Assembly (NCBI GenBank): GCA_036654095.1
Contig: JAVVSR010000008.1
Coordinates: forward strand, 6,878-70,877
DNA from: Clostridia bacterium
GTDB lineage: Bacteria; Bacillota; Clostridia; Christensenellales; CAG-917
Direction of reading: 5' to 3'
DNA length: 64,000 nt
Shown here piece by piece: positions 1 through 8,627 of the stretch. Each line of letters opens with the position of its first letter. Positions within the stretch are counted from its first letter, which is position 1. The notes below the pieces were generated by a model. The model saw only the letters and a program-made list of their open reading frames with translations, was not told the origin of the DNA and searched no databases. The position numbers and the translations under genes are program-made.

Positions 1-2
1 GT

Positions 3-245
3 GCATTTGTTAAACTTGCTGTCTTTGTTGATTTAAGATACAACATCGCAAGAGTAAAGCAGATTACAGTTAATCACGTTTACGAGCTTCTGGAATTTCT
101 TAAATCAATTGGTTTCAAATCATCTACAATTAAAAGCTATATAACAGCGGTTAGACAGGTTTATTTAGAAAATATTGACCTTTTTAGCAATAACTTTATA
201 ATTCCATCAGTCGCAGGCTGGTCAAAATGGGAAAGTGATAATTGA
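3..245 (+). CDS. 3' end of an unidentified CDS entering from the left edge (...SSTIKSYITAVRQVYLENIDLF...WSKWESDN*)
   Basis: This frame is open from the window edge to TGA at 243-245 and is followed by a hairpin. It is absent from the ORF track because no start lies in the window. No family recognised. Confidence 0.3.
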   Translation, partial: AFVKLAVFVDLRYNIARVKQITVNHVYELLEFLKSIGFKSSTIKSYITAVRQVYLENIDLFSNNFIIPSVAGWSKWESDN

Positions 246-292
246 GTTATTTCAACTTGACAGATATTCCAAAATAATCTCTTGTAAAAAAC

Positions 293-330
293 AAAACGAA
301 CTCTGAATTTTCAGGGTTCGTTTTATTTGC
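293..330. terminator. Bidirectional hairpin terminator between the partial CDS and tRNA-Ser
   Basis: AACGAACTCTGAA (295-307) pairs with TTCAGGGTTCGTT (310-322), giving 13 bp with one G-T pair. It is flanked by an A-run upstream and a T-run downstream, so it can terminate both strands. Confidence 0.55.
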
Positions 331-333
331 TTC

Positions 334-424
334 TGGCGGAGAGATAGGGATTTGAACCCTAGGTCAATTATTAGTCGACGCACGATTTCGAATCGTGTGC
401 ATTCAGCCGCTCTGCCATCTCTCC
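334..424 (-). tRNA. tRNA-Ser (anticodon CGA), class II with long variable arm, CCA encoded
   Basis: The reverse complement folds as a cloverleaf. Acceptor stem GGAGAGA/TCTCTCC; anticodon stem CACGA/TCGTG with loop TTCGAAA (anticodon CGA); long variable arm; T-arm TAGGG-TTCAAAT-CCCTA; discriminator G followed by CCA. Confidence 0.93.
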
Positions 425-486
425 ACATCAACAGGGACATGCGTGACTTCCTTTTGTTTACACATTATTTTCGCTTACGATAGTTT

Positions 487-515
487 ATAATACTATATTA
501 ATCAAATTTTTGCAA
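487..515 (-). promoter_or_regulatory. Sigma-A type promoter for tRNA-Ser
   Basis: On the minus strand: TTGCAA (510-515), a 17-nt spacer, then TATTAT (487-492), about 60 nt upstream of the tRNA 5' end. Confidence 0.4.
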
Positions 516-593
516 GTATATAGTATAACTTTTTTACGGCTGTTGCAATTTGACTTAGTAAGTGATAAAATTAAGATAATATAGGAGGTTAAA

Positions 594-1346
594 ATGATAT
601 TTTATTTTAGTGGTACGGGCAATTCATTGTATGTCGCTAAGGCATTAGCTGGCGGACAGGAAATTAAAAATATTGCATTGTGTGAACCTAGCGAATTTAT
701 AGACACTGAAATTGGGTTTATTAGCCCGGTGTATTGTGGGTTATTGCCAAAGATTGTTGCGGATTTTATTAATAAATCGAAATTCAAGTCGGAATATATT
801 TGGGCTGTGATGACGTGTGGGGGTGGCGAGGGGAATACTTATAAGCAACTGCAAGGTTTGCTGAAAGAGAAGGGGAATGCGCTTGACTTTGCGACGAGAA
901 TTGTAATGCCTGATAATTGTATTGTTTTTAAGACATCGCAAGAAAAACGGGCAGAATTATTGTCGGTTACTGAAAAAGAAGTTTATAAAATAAGGGAACA
1001 AATTAATAAGCGAGAAAGGCAATCAATAAGTAGTAAATATAACAAGTTAGGCGGAAATGTTATGTGGAAATTGCTTAGGAGCGTGTACAAAATAGACAGG
1101 CGCGAAGTATCTTCAAGTTGCAATGGCTGTGGAATTTGCGCTAAACTTTGTCCTAAAAAATGTATAGAAATAAAAGGTGGTAAGCCAAATTTTGCAGATG
1201 GTTGCGCGTATTGTTTTGCGTGCATACAATGGTGTCCTAAGAGCGCGATAAGTTTTGGTAAACTAAAGGTAGGCGGAACTTCAAAATATACTAATCCAAA
1301 TATACAAATAGATGAAATGTTAGCGCGAAATAAAGATAAGCATTAA
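594..1346 (+). CDS. EFR1-family ferredoxin (flavodoxin-like N-domain plus 2x[4Fe-4S] C-domain)
   Basis: The N-terminus MIFYFSGTGNSLYVA is flavodoxin-like. The C-terminus has CNGCGICAKLCP and CAYCFACIQWCP cluster motifs. AGGAGG lies 6 nt upstream of the ATG. Confidence 0.8.
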   Translation: MIFYFSGTGNSLYVAKALAGGQEIKNIALCEPSEFIDTEIGFISPVYCGLLPKIVADFINKSKFKSEYIWAVMTCGGGEGNTYKQLQGLLKEKGNALDFATRIVMPDNCIVFKTSQEKRAELLSVTEKEVYKIREQINKRERQSISSKYNKLGGNVMWKLLRSVYKIDRREVSSSCNGCGICAKLCPKKCIEIKGGKPNFADGCAYCFACIQWCPKSAISFGKLKVGGTSKYTNPNIQIDEMLARNKDKH

Positions 1347-1621
1347 GTTAATAGTTTGAATTAGAATTTATTTGAAATTAAAATAATGGTTGATTGTGTT
1401 AAAATATTGCGTAATAGAAAAACAAAATTGTGAAAAAAATGTAGATAAAAAATATAATAATAAGATTAAAATATAAAGTATCGCGATATATTAAATAATT
1501 TAAAGCATGTATATAAGCAATAGAGATAATGTAATTAACATAAAATAAAAGTATCGTTTGCTTAAGAAAAGTAAGTTTAAGTAATTTATAATGTCGTTAA
1601 AGATGTAGTTGAAGGAAAAAT

Positions 1622-2599
1622 ATGAAAAATGAAAAATTTGGTTGGGCTATAATTGGAAGTGGTAATATTGCTAAAATATGCGGATTGCAATTACGCATAA
1701 GTAAAAATCATCGAGTAGTTTCGATATACAGTCGCAATCAAAAGACGGCCGAGAGTTTGGCGCGAATTACGGGCGGGGACATATACGATACATTGCAAAA
1801 GGCAGTTACGGCAGATGGTGTTGATGGAGTTTATATAGCGACACCACATTCGGTACACGCAGTGCAAGCGATTAGGTGTTTGGAATTAAAGAAGCCTGTT
1901 TTAATAGAAAAGGCGATATGTGTAAATACCGAGGAGCTGCTTGAATTATTGCGTGTGGCAGATGAGGGTCGGGTTTATGTTTCGGAGGCTATGTGGACGC
2001 GTTATAACCACGTAACGCGTAAAGTGGTTGAATGGATTGAGGCAGGTCGAATTGGGAAAATAACGGGCATAACGGCAACGTTTTCATTTGACGCAAACAC
2101 AAAATTCACGCCGCCGCGTGTACGCGAAAACAGATATGCAGGAGGAGCGTTGTTAGATGTAGGCGTATACCCGATTGCGTATTGTCAAATGCTATTAGGG
2201 AAAGCGGCAGTTATTGAATGTGAAAGTTTTATAAATGAAAGCGATGTGGACGCGCACGATGAAATTACATTGACATATCAAAGTGGCGCATTATGTAAAT
2301 TATATTGTGGAATTGACGGAAAGCGTCCTAAGGAAGCTATAATACAAGGGGAGTCGGGGAAAATTGTTGTTGGTAGTTTTTCAAATGCAATTAAGGCGAC
2401 GCTGGTTACTAACACGGAAAGGGAGGTATATCGAAAAATTTGTACTTATATGCCAGAGTTTGACAAGGTAGCGTCAGATATTAAAGAAGGGAAACTTCAA
2501 AGCGATGAAATGACACACCGTGATAGTATAGAAGTGTTACAAATGATTGACGAATGTCGTAGGCAAATTGGGCTTATTTATGACAACGATAAAAGATAG
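1622..2599 (+). CDS. Gfo/Idh/MocA family NAD(P)-dependent oxidoreductase
   Basis: The N-terminal Rossmann motif is WAIIGSGNIA. The IEKAI motif and overall length are typical of the family. Confidence 0.8.
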   Translation: MKNEKFGWAIIGSGNIAKICGLQLRISKNHRVVSIYSRNQKTAESLARITGGDIYDTLQKAVTADGVDGVYIATPHSVHAVQAIRCLELKKPVLIEKAICVNTEELLELLRVADEGRVYVSEAMWTRYNHVTRKVVEWIEAGRIGKITGITATFSFDANTKFTPPRVRENRYAGGALLDVGVYPIAYCQMLLGKAAVIECESFINESDVDAHDEITLTYQSGALCKLYCGIDGKRPKEAIIQGESGKIVVGSFSNAIKATLVTNTEREVYRKICTYMPEFDKVASDIKEGKLQSDEMTHRDSIEVLQMIDECRRQIGLIYDNDKR

Positions 2600-2622
2600 A
2601 TGACGCAATATCGATAAAATAT

Positions 2623-3114
2623 TTAAAGCAACTTTCTAAAAAAGTATTCGCCATCGCTATCGGCTATATTTGTTTTTTCAAATCCGTGAGAATGCCAAAA
2701 TCTAGTATTATTTTCATTTGAAGTAGTTAAATCAATGAATTTGCCGTGTAAACGTTTGATTTCGTTTTCAAGTATTTGATAAGCTAACGAACCTAAACCC
2801 TTGTTTCGATACTCTGGCAAGATACAGTATTCCATAATAAAACCTTTACAGTCTTCTAAATTGTAGACAACATACATCGCAAATCCAAGCACTTTGTCGC
2901 CATCTTTATAAAAACCAATTCTCACAGGCTGTTTGTCGCACTGAAATAATGTAGTAATCGTATTGTGATATGTATCCGAAAAGTAGTATTCGGACATTGC
3001 GGTGTGTTCTCCTCCGCAGAGTGACCAATTCGGAATTATATCCTCGTGCATATAACGGTTAAACATTTCCCAAAATTCATTAATTTGGTTTATATTAATT
3101 TCTTCTAATATCAT
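2623..3114 (-). CDS. GNAT family N-acetyltransferase
   Basis: The acetyl-CoA binding segment RNKGLGSLAYQILENE is present in a 163-aa protein. Its start lies 1 nt after the dapB stop, so it is probably the last gene of the L-box operon. Confidence 0.75.
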   Translation of the reverse strand: MILEEININQINEFWEMFNRYMHEDIIPNWSLCGGEHTAMSEYYFSDTYHNTITTLFQCDKQPVRIGFYKDGDKVLGFAMYVVYNLEDCKGFIMEYCILPEYRNKGLGSLAYQILENEIKRLHGKFIDLTTSNENNTRFWHSHGFEKTNIADSDGEYFFRKLL

Positions 3115-3115
3115 A

Positions 3116-4315
3116 TTAAAGTTTATAATATTGTTTTAATGCTTGCTCGGCTTGTAGCACAGACGCTGTATCTATACAACAACTAATTTTAGTTTCACTT
3201 GTTGTAATGGAATAAATACTGGCGCCTGAACGATTTAAAATTTGTAAAACATCTTTGGCGACGCCACATTGATGCGCCATACCAGCGCCTTCCGATGTTA
3301 TTTTTGATGTATTTTCCTTTGAAAAATAAGTTGTGTTCAAAGTAAACAATTCCTGATAGGCAACATTATTTGAGTTATCAGGAAGGGTAAACGACACAGA
3401 TACGGTATCGTCGTGATTAAGAGTTTGTGAAATCATATCAAGATTAATTTGTTTTGCGCCCAATTTTTCAAGCATATTGACAAAAGACGTGGCGGTAATT
3501 TTAGGAATTGTAATTAAAGTAATATCATTTTCGACAGTTACGTTAGTGACAGCGTAAACCGCGCCTATAATTGAATTCATATTATAAAGGCCAAATGGTT
3601 TATCTAAAATAAACTCGATAGCGCGCAAACTTCCTTGAACAAAAACTTCTTTATTTTGCGATTCGTGTGAAAGAGTGATAATTTCACCCGAACTGATGTA
3701 CATAACATCATGCTTGCCGACTATGCTGCCCCCGCGAATTGAGTGAATACCTATTTCGGTTGGGCTTCGACGAAGATGTTCATTGTGACGGCCAAAAACG
3801 TATTCGCATTGATTATTTCTAACGCTATTTATTGCATCGGCAATAGATAGGGCAGTGCCGCTAGGGCTGTCGTATTTTTTATTGTGGTGTTGTTCAATGA
3901 TTTCAATATCGTAATCGGAGCCTAAAAAACCAGCGGTTTCTTTAGCGAGTGATATCAATATATTTACGCCAAGCGACATATTGCTTGCTTTAAATATTGC
4001 AATATTCTCCGCCGCTTTTTCAAGCGAAGCAAGTTGTTCATTTGAGTGTCCAGTGGTTGCGGTGACCAACTTAATATTGTGCTTTACAGCATAGTCAATA
4101 AGTTCGTTCAAAGCGTCGGGAACGGAAAAGTCGATAATAACATCAGCCAACTCAGTGACTTCTGTTATGCTGTCATAGACGGGTATATCAAAGCAGTTCT
4201 TATCGCAGTGCTTGTCCACGCCTGCAACAACGGTATAGTTGTTGTTTTTTAAAAGTTGGTCATAAATTGAATGGCCTATTCTGCCACCAATACCATTTAT
4301 AATTAGTTTAGTCAT
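3116..4315 (-). CDS. dapB: 4-hydroxy-tetrahydrodipicolinate reductase fused to a C-terminal aspartokinase-type tandem ACT module
   Basis: DapB motifs are present: NGIGGRIG, EIIEQHHNKKYDSPSGTA, IHSIRGG. The last ~145 aa match the regulatory end of aspartokinase (INLDMISQ, VSFTLP, GAGMAHQCGVA, SITTSETKISCCID). I chose the ATG at 4315 (MTKLIING, preceded by AAGGAG) over the upstream ATG at 4333. Confidence 0.85.
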   Translation of the reverse strand: MTKLIINGIGGRIGHSIYDQLLKNNNYTVVAGVDKHCDKNCFDIPVYDSITEVTELADVIIDFSVPDALNELIDYAVKHNIKLVTATTGHSNEQLASLEKAAENIAIFKASNMSLGVNILISLAKETAGFLGSDYDIEIIEQHHNKKYDSPSGTALSIADAINSVRNNQCEYVFGRHNEHLRRSPTEIGIHSIRGGSIVGKHDVMYISSGEIITLSHESQNKEVFVQGSLRAIEFILDKPFGLYNMNSIIGAVYAVTNVTVENDITLITIPKITATSFVNMLEKLGAKQINLDMISQTLNHDDTVSVSFTLPDNSNNVAYQELFTLNTTYFSKENTSKITSEGAGMAHQCGVAKDVLQILNRSGASIYSITTSETKISCCIDTASVLQAEQALKQYYKL

Positions 4316-4371
4316 AATCTCCTTACAATTCAAAACAAAGTGATAATTGAACTGTTTTAACTTTTAAACTA

Positions 4372-5262
4372 TCATTTATGCTGTTTTAATAAATTCAGTT
4401 CACACATTAAGCGTTTTAATATAGCGGCATTTTCATCTGTTATTGGCATAAGCGGTAGACGCAAAATATTGCTTCCAAAGCCTAATAGCGATACTCCATA
4501 CTTAACTGGAATTGGATTAACTTCGCTAAATAAAGCCTTTACTAATGGCAATATTTGAAGTTGCATTTTGCCTGCTTTTGTAGTTTCGCCGTTTAAATAT
4601 GCGACGGTCATATCGTGCATAAATTTAGGCGCGACATTCGACGCGACCGATATAACTCCACTTCCGCCAACTGACATTATTGGAACAGTTATGCCGTCAT
4701 CGCCAGAAATTACATCGGCCAAACCATCGGACAGCCGAATTGTTTCAGATATTTGCTCCATATTTCCAGAGGCTTCTTTTATGGCGACAATGTTTTTTAG
4801 TTTTGCAATTTCAGCAAAAGTCTGTGGCAAAATATTTACGCCTGTACGTCCGGGAACGTTATAGCAAATTATAGGGGCAGAAACGCTTTCTGCAATCGCG
4901 GTGTAATGCGCTATTAACCCGCGTTGGGTACATTTGTTGTAATAAGGCGTGACGATAAGAAGGGCGTCTGCGCCAAGCTTTTCCACTGCTTGACTATGCA
5001 ATATAACTTCGCTAGTATTGTTTCCACCAGTGCCAACAATCACAGGTACTCGCCTATTTATACGCTTAATTGCAAAACGGATAACTTCTAATTTCTCATC
5101 TTTAGTCATAGTCGACGGCTCGCCAGTTGTCCCAGCGACAACTAATGCGTCGATATCATTTGCAATTTGAAAATCAATTAGCCGACCATAAGCTTCATAA
5201 TCTACGCCGTCGGCGGTAAATGGTGTTACAAGCGCGGTTGCGCAACCTTTGAATATTGACAT
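4372..5262 (-). CDS. dapA: 4-hydroxy-tetrahydrodipicolinate synthase
   Basis: Contains VVAGTTGE, YNVPGRTG and IKEASG motifs. The protein is 296 aa and GAGGTG lies upstream. Confidence 0.92.
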   Translation of the reverse strand: MSIFKGCATALVTPFTADGVDYEAYGRLIDFQIANDIDALVVAGTTGEPSTMTKDEKLEVIRFAIKRINRRVPVIVGTGGNNTSEVILHSQAVEKLGADALLIVTPYYNKCTQRGLIAHYTAIAESVSAPIICYNVPGRTGVNILPQTFAEIAKLKNIVAIKEASGNMEQISETIRLSDGLADVISGDDGITVPIMSVGGSGVISVASNVAPKFMHDMTVAYLNGETTKAGKMQLQILPLVKALFSEVNPIPVKYGVSLLGFGSNILRLPLMPITDENAAILKRLMCELNLLKQHK

Positions 5263-5274
5263 TTAATCACCTCG

Positions 5275-6276
5275 TTAGATTAGATTTTGATTGATTATAA
5301 TTTCAGCAATTTGTACTGCGTTTGTTGCTGCGCCTTTGCGAATATTATCAGCAACACACCAAATATTTACGCCGCTTTCGATACTTTCGTCAATGCGAAT
5401 TCGCCCAACATAGACGGGGTCGGTGTCTTCGGCATATATAGGCATAGGATATTTGGAATTTTTAATGTCATCTTCAACAACAAGCCCGGGGGCATTTTTT
5501 AAACAATCAAACACTCCTTCAAGCGTACATGGTTTTTCAAACTCAAGATTTATGCTTTCGCAGTGGCTATGAAAAACAGGCACACGAACAGTTGTCGCAG
5601 TAATGCGCATATCGGGAGCGTGCAAAATTTTGCGAGTTTCGCTTATCATTTTCATTTCCTCTTTAGTATATCCGTTGTCGCAAAACGTGTCAATTTGAGG
5701 TAAGCAATTTCCAAAAATAGGATAATTAAATTTCTTAGGTGGTTCACCATTTATACCATTTTTAAGGTCGGCATAACCTTGCACACCTGCGCCGGATACG
5801 GCTTGATATGTGCTAAAGATTATACGCTTAATTATGTATTTGTCGTGTAGAGGTTTTAAAGCTACCATTGCTTGTATGGTTGAACAGTTAGGATTTGAAA
5901 TTATCCCTTTGTTCCATAAAACATCTTCAGGATTAACCTCTGGCACAACAAGCGGAACATTTTTATCCATACGCCATTGACTGCTGTTGTCAACAACTAC
6001 CGCGCCGTTTTCGACAAAAATTGGCGCAAAGTCACGGCTAGTGCCACCGCCTGCCGAAAACAAAGCAATATCAACTTTATGAGCCGCAATGTTTTCACGA
6101 GTTAGTTCAATAACTGTATGTTTTTTGCCCATAAAATCTATTTCCTTGCCGGCGCTTTTAGCGCTTGCAAATAAATAATAGTTTTCGACAGGTAGATTTT
6201 TTTCGCTTAACACCTGTAAAAACTTTGTGCCTACCATACCAGTCGCGCCAACAACGGCGATGTTATACTTTTTCAT
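5275..6276 (-). CDS. asd: Aspartate-semialdehyde dehydrogenase
   Basis: Contains MKKYNIAVVGATGMVG, the NPNCSTIQ active-site region and a SGAG motif. The ATG at 6276 is preceded by GGAGG; the track start at 6288 is 4 codons upstream. Confidence 0.92.
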   Translation of the reverse strand: MKKYNIAVVGATGMVGTKFLQVLSEKNLPVENYYLFASAKSAGKEIDFMGKKHTVIELTRENIAAHKVDIALFSAGGGTSRDFAPIFVENGAVVVDNSSQWRMDKNVPLVVPEVNPEDVLWNKGIISNPNCSTIQAMVALKPLHDKYIIKRIIFSTYQAVSGAGVQGYADLKNGINGEPPKKFNYPIFGNCLPQIDTFCDNGYTKEEMKMISETRKILHAPDMRITATTVRVPVFHSHCESINLEFEKPCTLEGVFDCLKNAPGLVVEDDIKNSKYPMPIYAEDTDPVYVGRIRIDESIESGVNIWCVADNIRKGAATNAVQIAEIIINQNLI

Positions 6277-6545
6277 TCTATCCTCCAAATTTTTAGAGAG
6301 CGTAATTTAAGCTCATCAAGATTACTAATTAAATTTAAAAAAATGTAAACGGCTATACTGTTATCATCAATTCGCGTTAGGCGCGAACTTGTGAAAGATA
6401 TGCGGTTTGAATTAAACACAAAATAACTTGTGTTAAATGCTCAACTAAAATATACGCGTTACATCTGTATATTATTTAAATAGTTTGTAAGCCAAAAAAT
6501 GTAACTTGTTTTCACTTTGTAAACTATACCGCTATATCATTATAT

Positions 6546-6575
6546 AAAAAAATAGTGCTGAGGGATACTCGGCAC
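6546..6575 (-). terminator. Intrinsic terminator of the lysine riboswitch expression platform
   Basis: The minus strand reads GTGCCGAG-TATCC-CTCAGCAC (7 of 8 bp paired) followed by TATTTTTTTT. It lies between the aptamer and asd. Confidence 0.6.
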
Positions 6576-6584
6576 AATCGAAAA

Positions 6585-6760
6585 TCAACATAGCCAAATA
6601 GTACACCATCTGTTTAGATGACAGTTGTAGGGTTTTAGCCCTAGCACCCAACAGACATTTGCCATAACGTCCATTTCGGCGATAATACCCTTTTTATAGG
6701 TTGACAGGTTGGCGACCAAAAAAACACCTATATACTTATGCTTACCGCTCCTCTACTTGT
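6585..6760 (-). promoter_or_regulatory. Lysine riboswitch (L-box) in the leader of asd-dapA-dapB
   Basis: The minus strand carries the conserved L-box blocks in the correct order: GTAGAGGAGCGG...AAGTAT, AAAGGGTATTATCGCCGAAATGG, TGTTGGGTGC, and ACAACTGTCATC. These are followed by a terminator hairpin. Confidence 0.75.
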
Positions 6761-6766
6761 GTGGTT

Positions 6767-6795
6767 ATTCTAACATATCAACAAAATTTTGTCAA
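6767..6795 (-). promoter_or_regulatory. Sigma-A type promoter of the L-box/asd operon
   Basis: On the minus strand: TTGACA (6790-6795), a 17-nt spacer, then TAGAAT (6767-6772), just upstream of the riboswitch. Confidence 0.55.
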
Positions 6796-6813
6796 AACAT
6801 TTAAGTATTATTC

Positions 6814-6842
6814 TTGATATATTTAAGATTATAGTGTAGAAT
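6814..6842 (+). promoter_or_regulatory. Sigma-A type promoter for the 6879 operon, divergent from the L-box promoter
   Basis: TTGATA (6814-6819), a 17-nt spacer, then TAGAAT (6837-6842), about 35 nt upstream of the ATG. Confidence 0.45.
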
Positions 6843-6878
6843 AGGTAAACAATGTAATTATATTTTAGGAGTTTTTAA

Positions 6879-7889
6879 ATGGCAAAAAGTAATACCGATG
6901 AAATAAAGGCTTTATATAAAAAGCTGTCGCTCGCTCCCGAACTTCGCGATGAACCCCCTAAGGGCAAATATCCGAAGGGACGTATCAAACAAGTTTTCAA
7001 CATTTTCAGCGCGGAAATGAACAGCTTAATGCGCGTAAATATTTGGTTTTTATTATTTTTAATTCCGATGTTTGCAGTGTTGTTTTGGTACGTTAACGTT
7101 GCCGTTTCGCAGGCGATTGTGGGCTTCAACTTCATGGGAAATATTGGTATTGGTTATCCCGGCGGAAGCGATGATGCAGTACAGGGTATGATAGCCGTTT
7201 ATGACGCATATCAAAAAGTTCTGTTTTTGCTGTTGCCAGCCATTGTTATTATGTCAATAGGCGTAGCGGGCGCATTTAATTGCTATAAAAAATATATGTG
7301 GGGCGAAAAGGTTTCCGTTACAAAAGACTTTTTTCGTGGCGTAAAAAAACATTGGTATAAATACTTAATTGTTATGATTGTAAACGCTCTTATCGTGCTA
7401 GGTACAGGAAGCGCGTTGATTTATTTTTTAAAGTTGCAAGCGCTAGGCATTGCGACGGCAGGCTACTGGGTAATGCTAATTTCGGTATGTATAGCGGCAT
7501 TTTTATTGATGTATGTGAATATGACATTGCTACCTATGATTTGCGCATTGGATTTGCCTTTACATAAGCAACTGAAAAACGCATTGATTATTTCGCTTAA
7601 ATTTGCGCCAGCAGGCTTGATTTTGTGGGTTGTATGCTTAATTCCGTTTGGGCTTTTATTTGTCGCTAGCACTTTTGTGAGTATGATGCTTTATATGATG
7701 TTTATTATGTTCGGGTTTGTATTGTACGGGCTTGCATTTACTGCATTTTCGCAACTAGCCATAGACAATGTGTTGACGCCATTATATCAGCTTTCTATCG
7801 CACCGACGGAGCCTACTAAAAAGAAAAACAAAAACAAAAATAAAAATAAAAACAGTAAAATTAATTATAATAAGGGCGGTAAGAGATAA
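6879..7889 (+). CDS. Polytopic membrane protein, YesL/DUF624-like, with a Lys/Asn-rich tail
   Basis: Several hydrophobic helices. The N-terminal region (...MNSLMRVNIWFLLFLIPMF...) resembles the YesL family. The tail is KKKNKNKNKNKNSK. AGGAG lies upstream. Confidence 0.5.
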   Translation: MAKSNTDEIKALYKKLSLAPELRDEPPKGKYPKGRIKQVFNIFSAEMNSLMRVNIWFLLFLIPMFAVLFWYVNVAVSQAIVGFNFMGNIGIGYPGGSDDAVQGMIAVYDAYQKVLFLLLPAIVIMSIGVAGAFNCYKKYMWGEKVSVTKDFFRGVKKHWYKYLIVMIVNALIVLGTGSALIYFLKLQALGIATAGYWVMLISVCIAAFLLMYVNMTLLPMICALDLPLHKQLKNALIISLKFAPAGLILWVVCLIPFGLLFVASTFVSMMLYMMFIMFGFVLYGLAFTAFSQLAIDNVLTPLYQLSIAPTEPTKKKNKNKNKNKNSKINYNKGGKR

Positions 7890-8624
7890 GTGGGTTATTC
7901 GGCATTGTCAAAATATTATGACTTCCTTATGACCGACTTTGATTACGACAGCTATATAAATTTTATACTTAAGCAGGTCGCTGGAAAGACGGGGTTGGAC
8001 TTGGCTGCTGGAAGCGGTGAAATGACCATTCCTTTATCTAAGCGCGGTTTTAAAATGACGGGCGGCGATATAAGCTCCGAAATGCTTACAATAGCTACCG
8101 AAAAAGCGAGGAAGCAGTTTCAAAATATTTTGTTTTTAGTTCTTGATTTAAACAACCTTTCCATTTCAAAAAAGTATGATTTTGTGACGGCAGTGTGTGA
8201 CGGCTTTAATTATGTATCAAATATTGCTAATCTAAAAAGTGCGTTTTTGGCCGTATATAACGCGCTAAATGCAGGCGGTAAGTTTATTTTTGATATATCA
8301 ACTAAGTACAAACTCACCGAAATAATTGGAAACAATATATTTTATGAAGATTTGGATAAGCTAAGTTATTTTTGGACAAACAAGTTGTTTCCCAATAAAA
8401 TAGAGATGAGCTTATCATTTTTTGAACGACAACAATCAGTTGATGAATGTAAGCAGGGAGAGTTATATAGGCGTTATGACGAACAGCAGACGCAATATTT
8501 TTATGACAATGATGAGATAATAGGTCTTTTACAGCAAATTGGCTTTATAACCAACGTATATGATGGAAAATTTGAAAAATTAACCGCTACATCGCCACGA
8601 ATGACGGTTGTAGCCACAAAGTGA
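7890..8624 (+). CDS. Class I SAM-dependent methyltransferase
   Basis: SAM motif I is LDLAAGSGEMT, followed by an acidic motif II (GGDIS). The GTG start immediately follows the upstream TAA, suggesting translational coupling. Confidence 0.8.
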   Translation: MGYSALSKYYDFLMTDFDYDSYINFILKQVAGKTGLDLAAGSGEMTIPLSKRGFKMTGGDISSEMLTIATEKARKQFQNILFLVLDLNNLSISKKYDFVTAVCDGFNYVSNIANLKSAFLAVYNALNAGGKFIFDISTKYKLTEIIGNNIFYEDLDKLSYFWTNKLFPNKIEMSLSFFERQQSVDECKQGELYRRYDEQQTQYFYDNDEIIGLLQQIGFITNVYDGKFEKLTATSPRMTVVATK

Positions 8625-8627
8625 GTT

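Noticed and set aside
3-424. Possible integrase or prophage junction at tRNA-Ser
   Set aside because: The partial ORF has a vaguely core-binding-like segment (SSTIKSYITAVRQVY), but it sits at the C-terminus. No catalytic R..H..R..Y region, att-like duplication of the tRNA 3' end or phage gene is visible.
252-440. 62-aa ORF on the minus strand
   Set aside because: It overlaps the tRNA-Ser gene and its terminator, so it is an artefact of ORF calling.
7818-7853. Six tandem AAAAAN hexamers as a possible phase-variation tract
   Set aside because: The repeat lies inside the coding tail (KNKNKNKNKN) of the YesL-like gene. Because the unit is 6 nt, slippage would stay in frame, so there would be no on/off switch, only tail-length variation.
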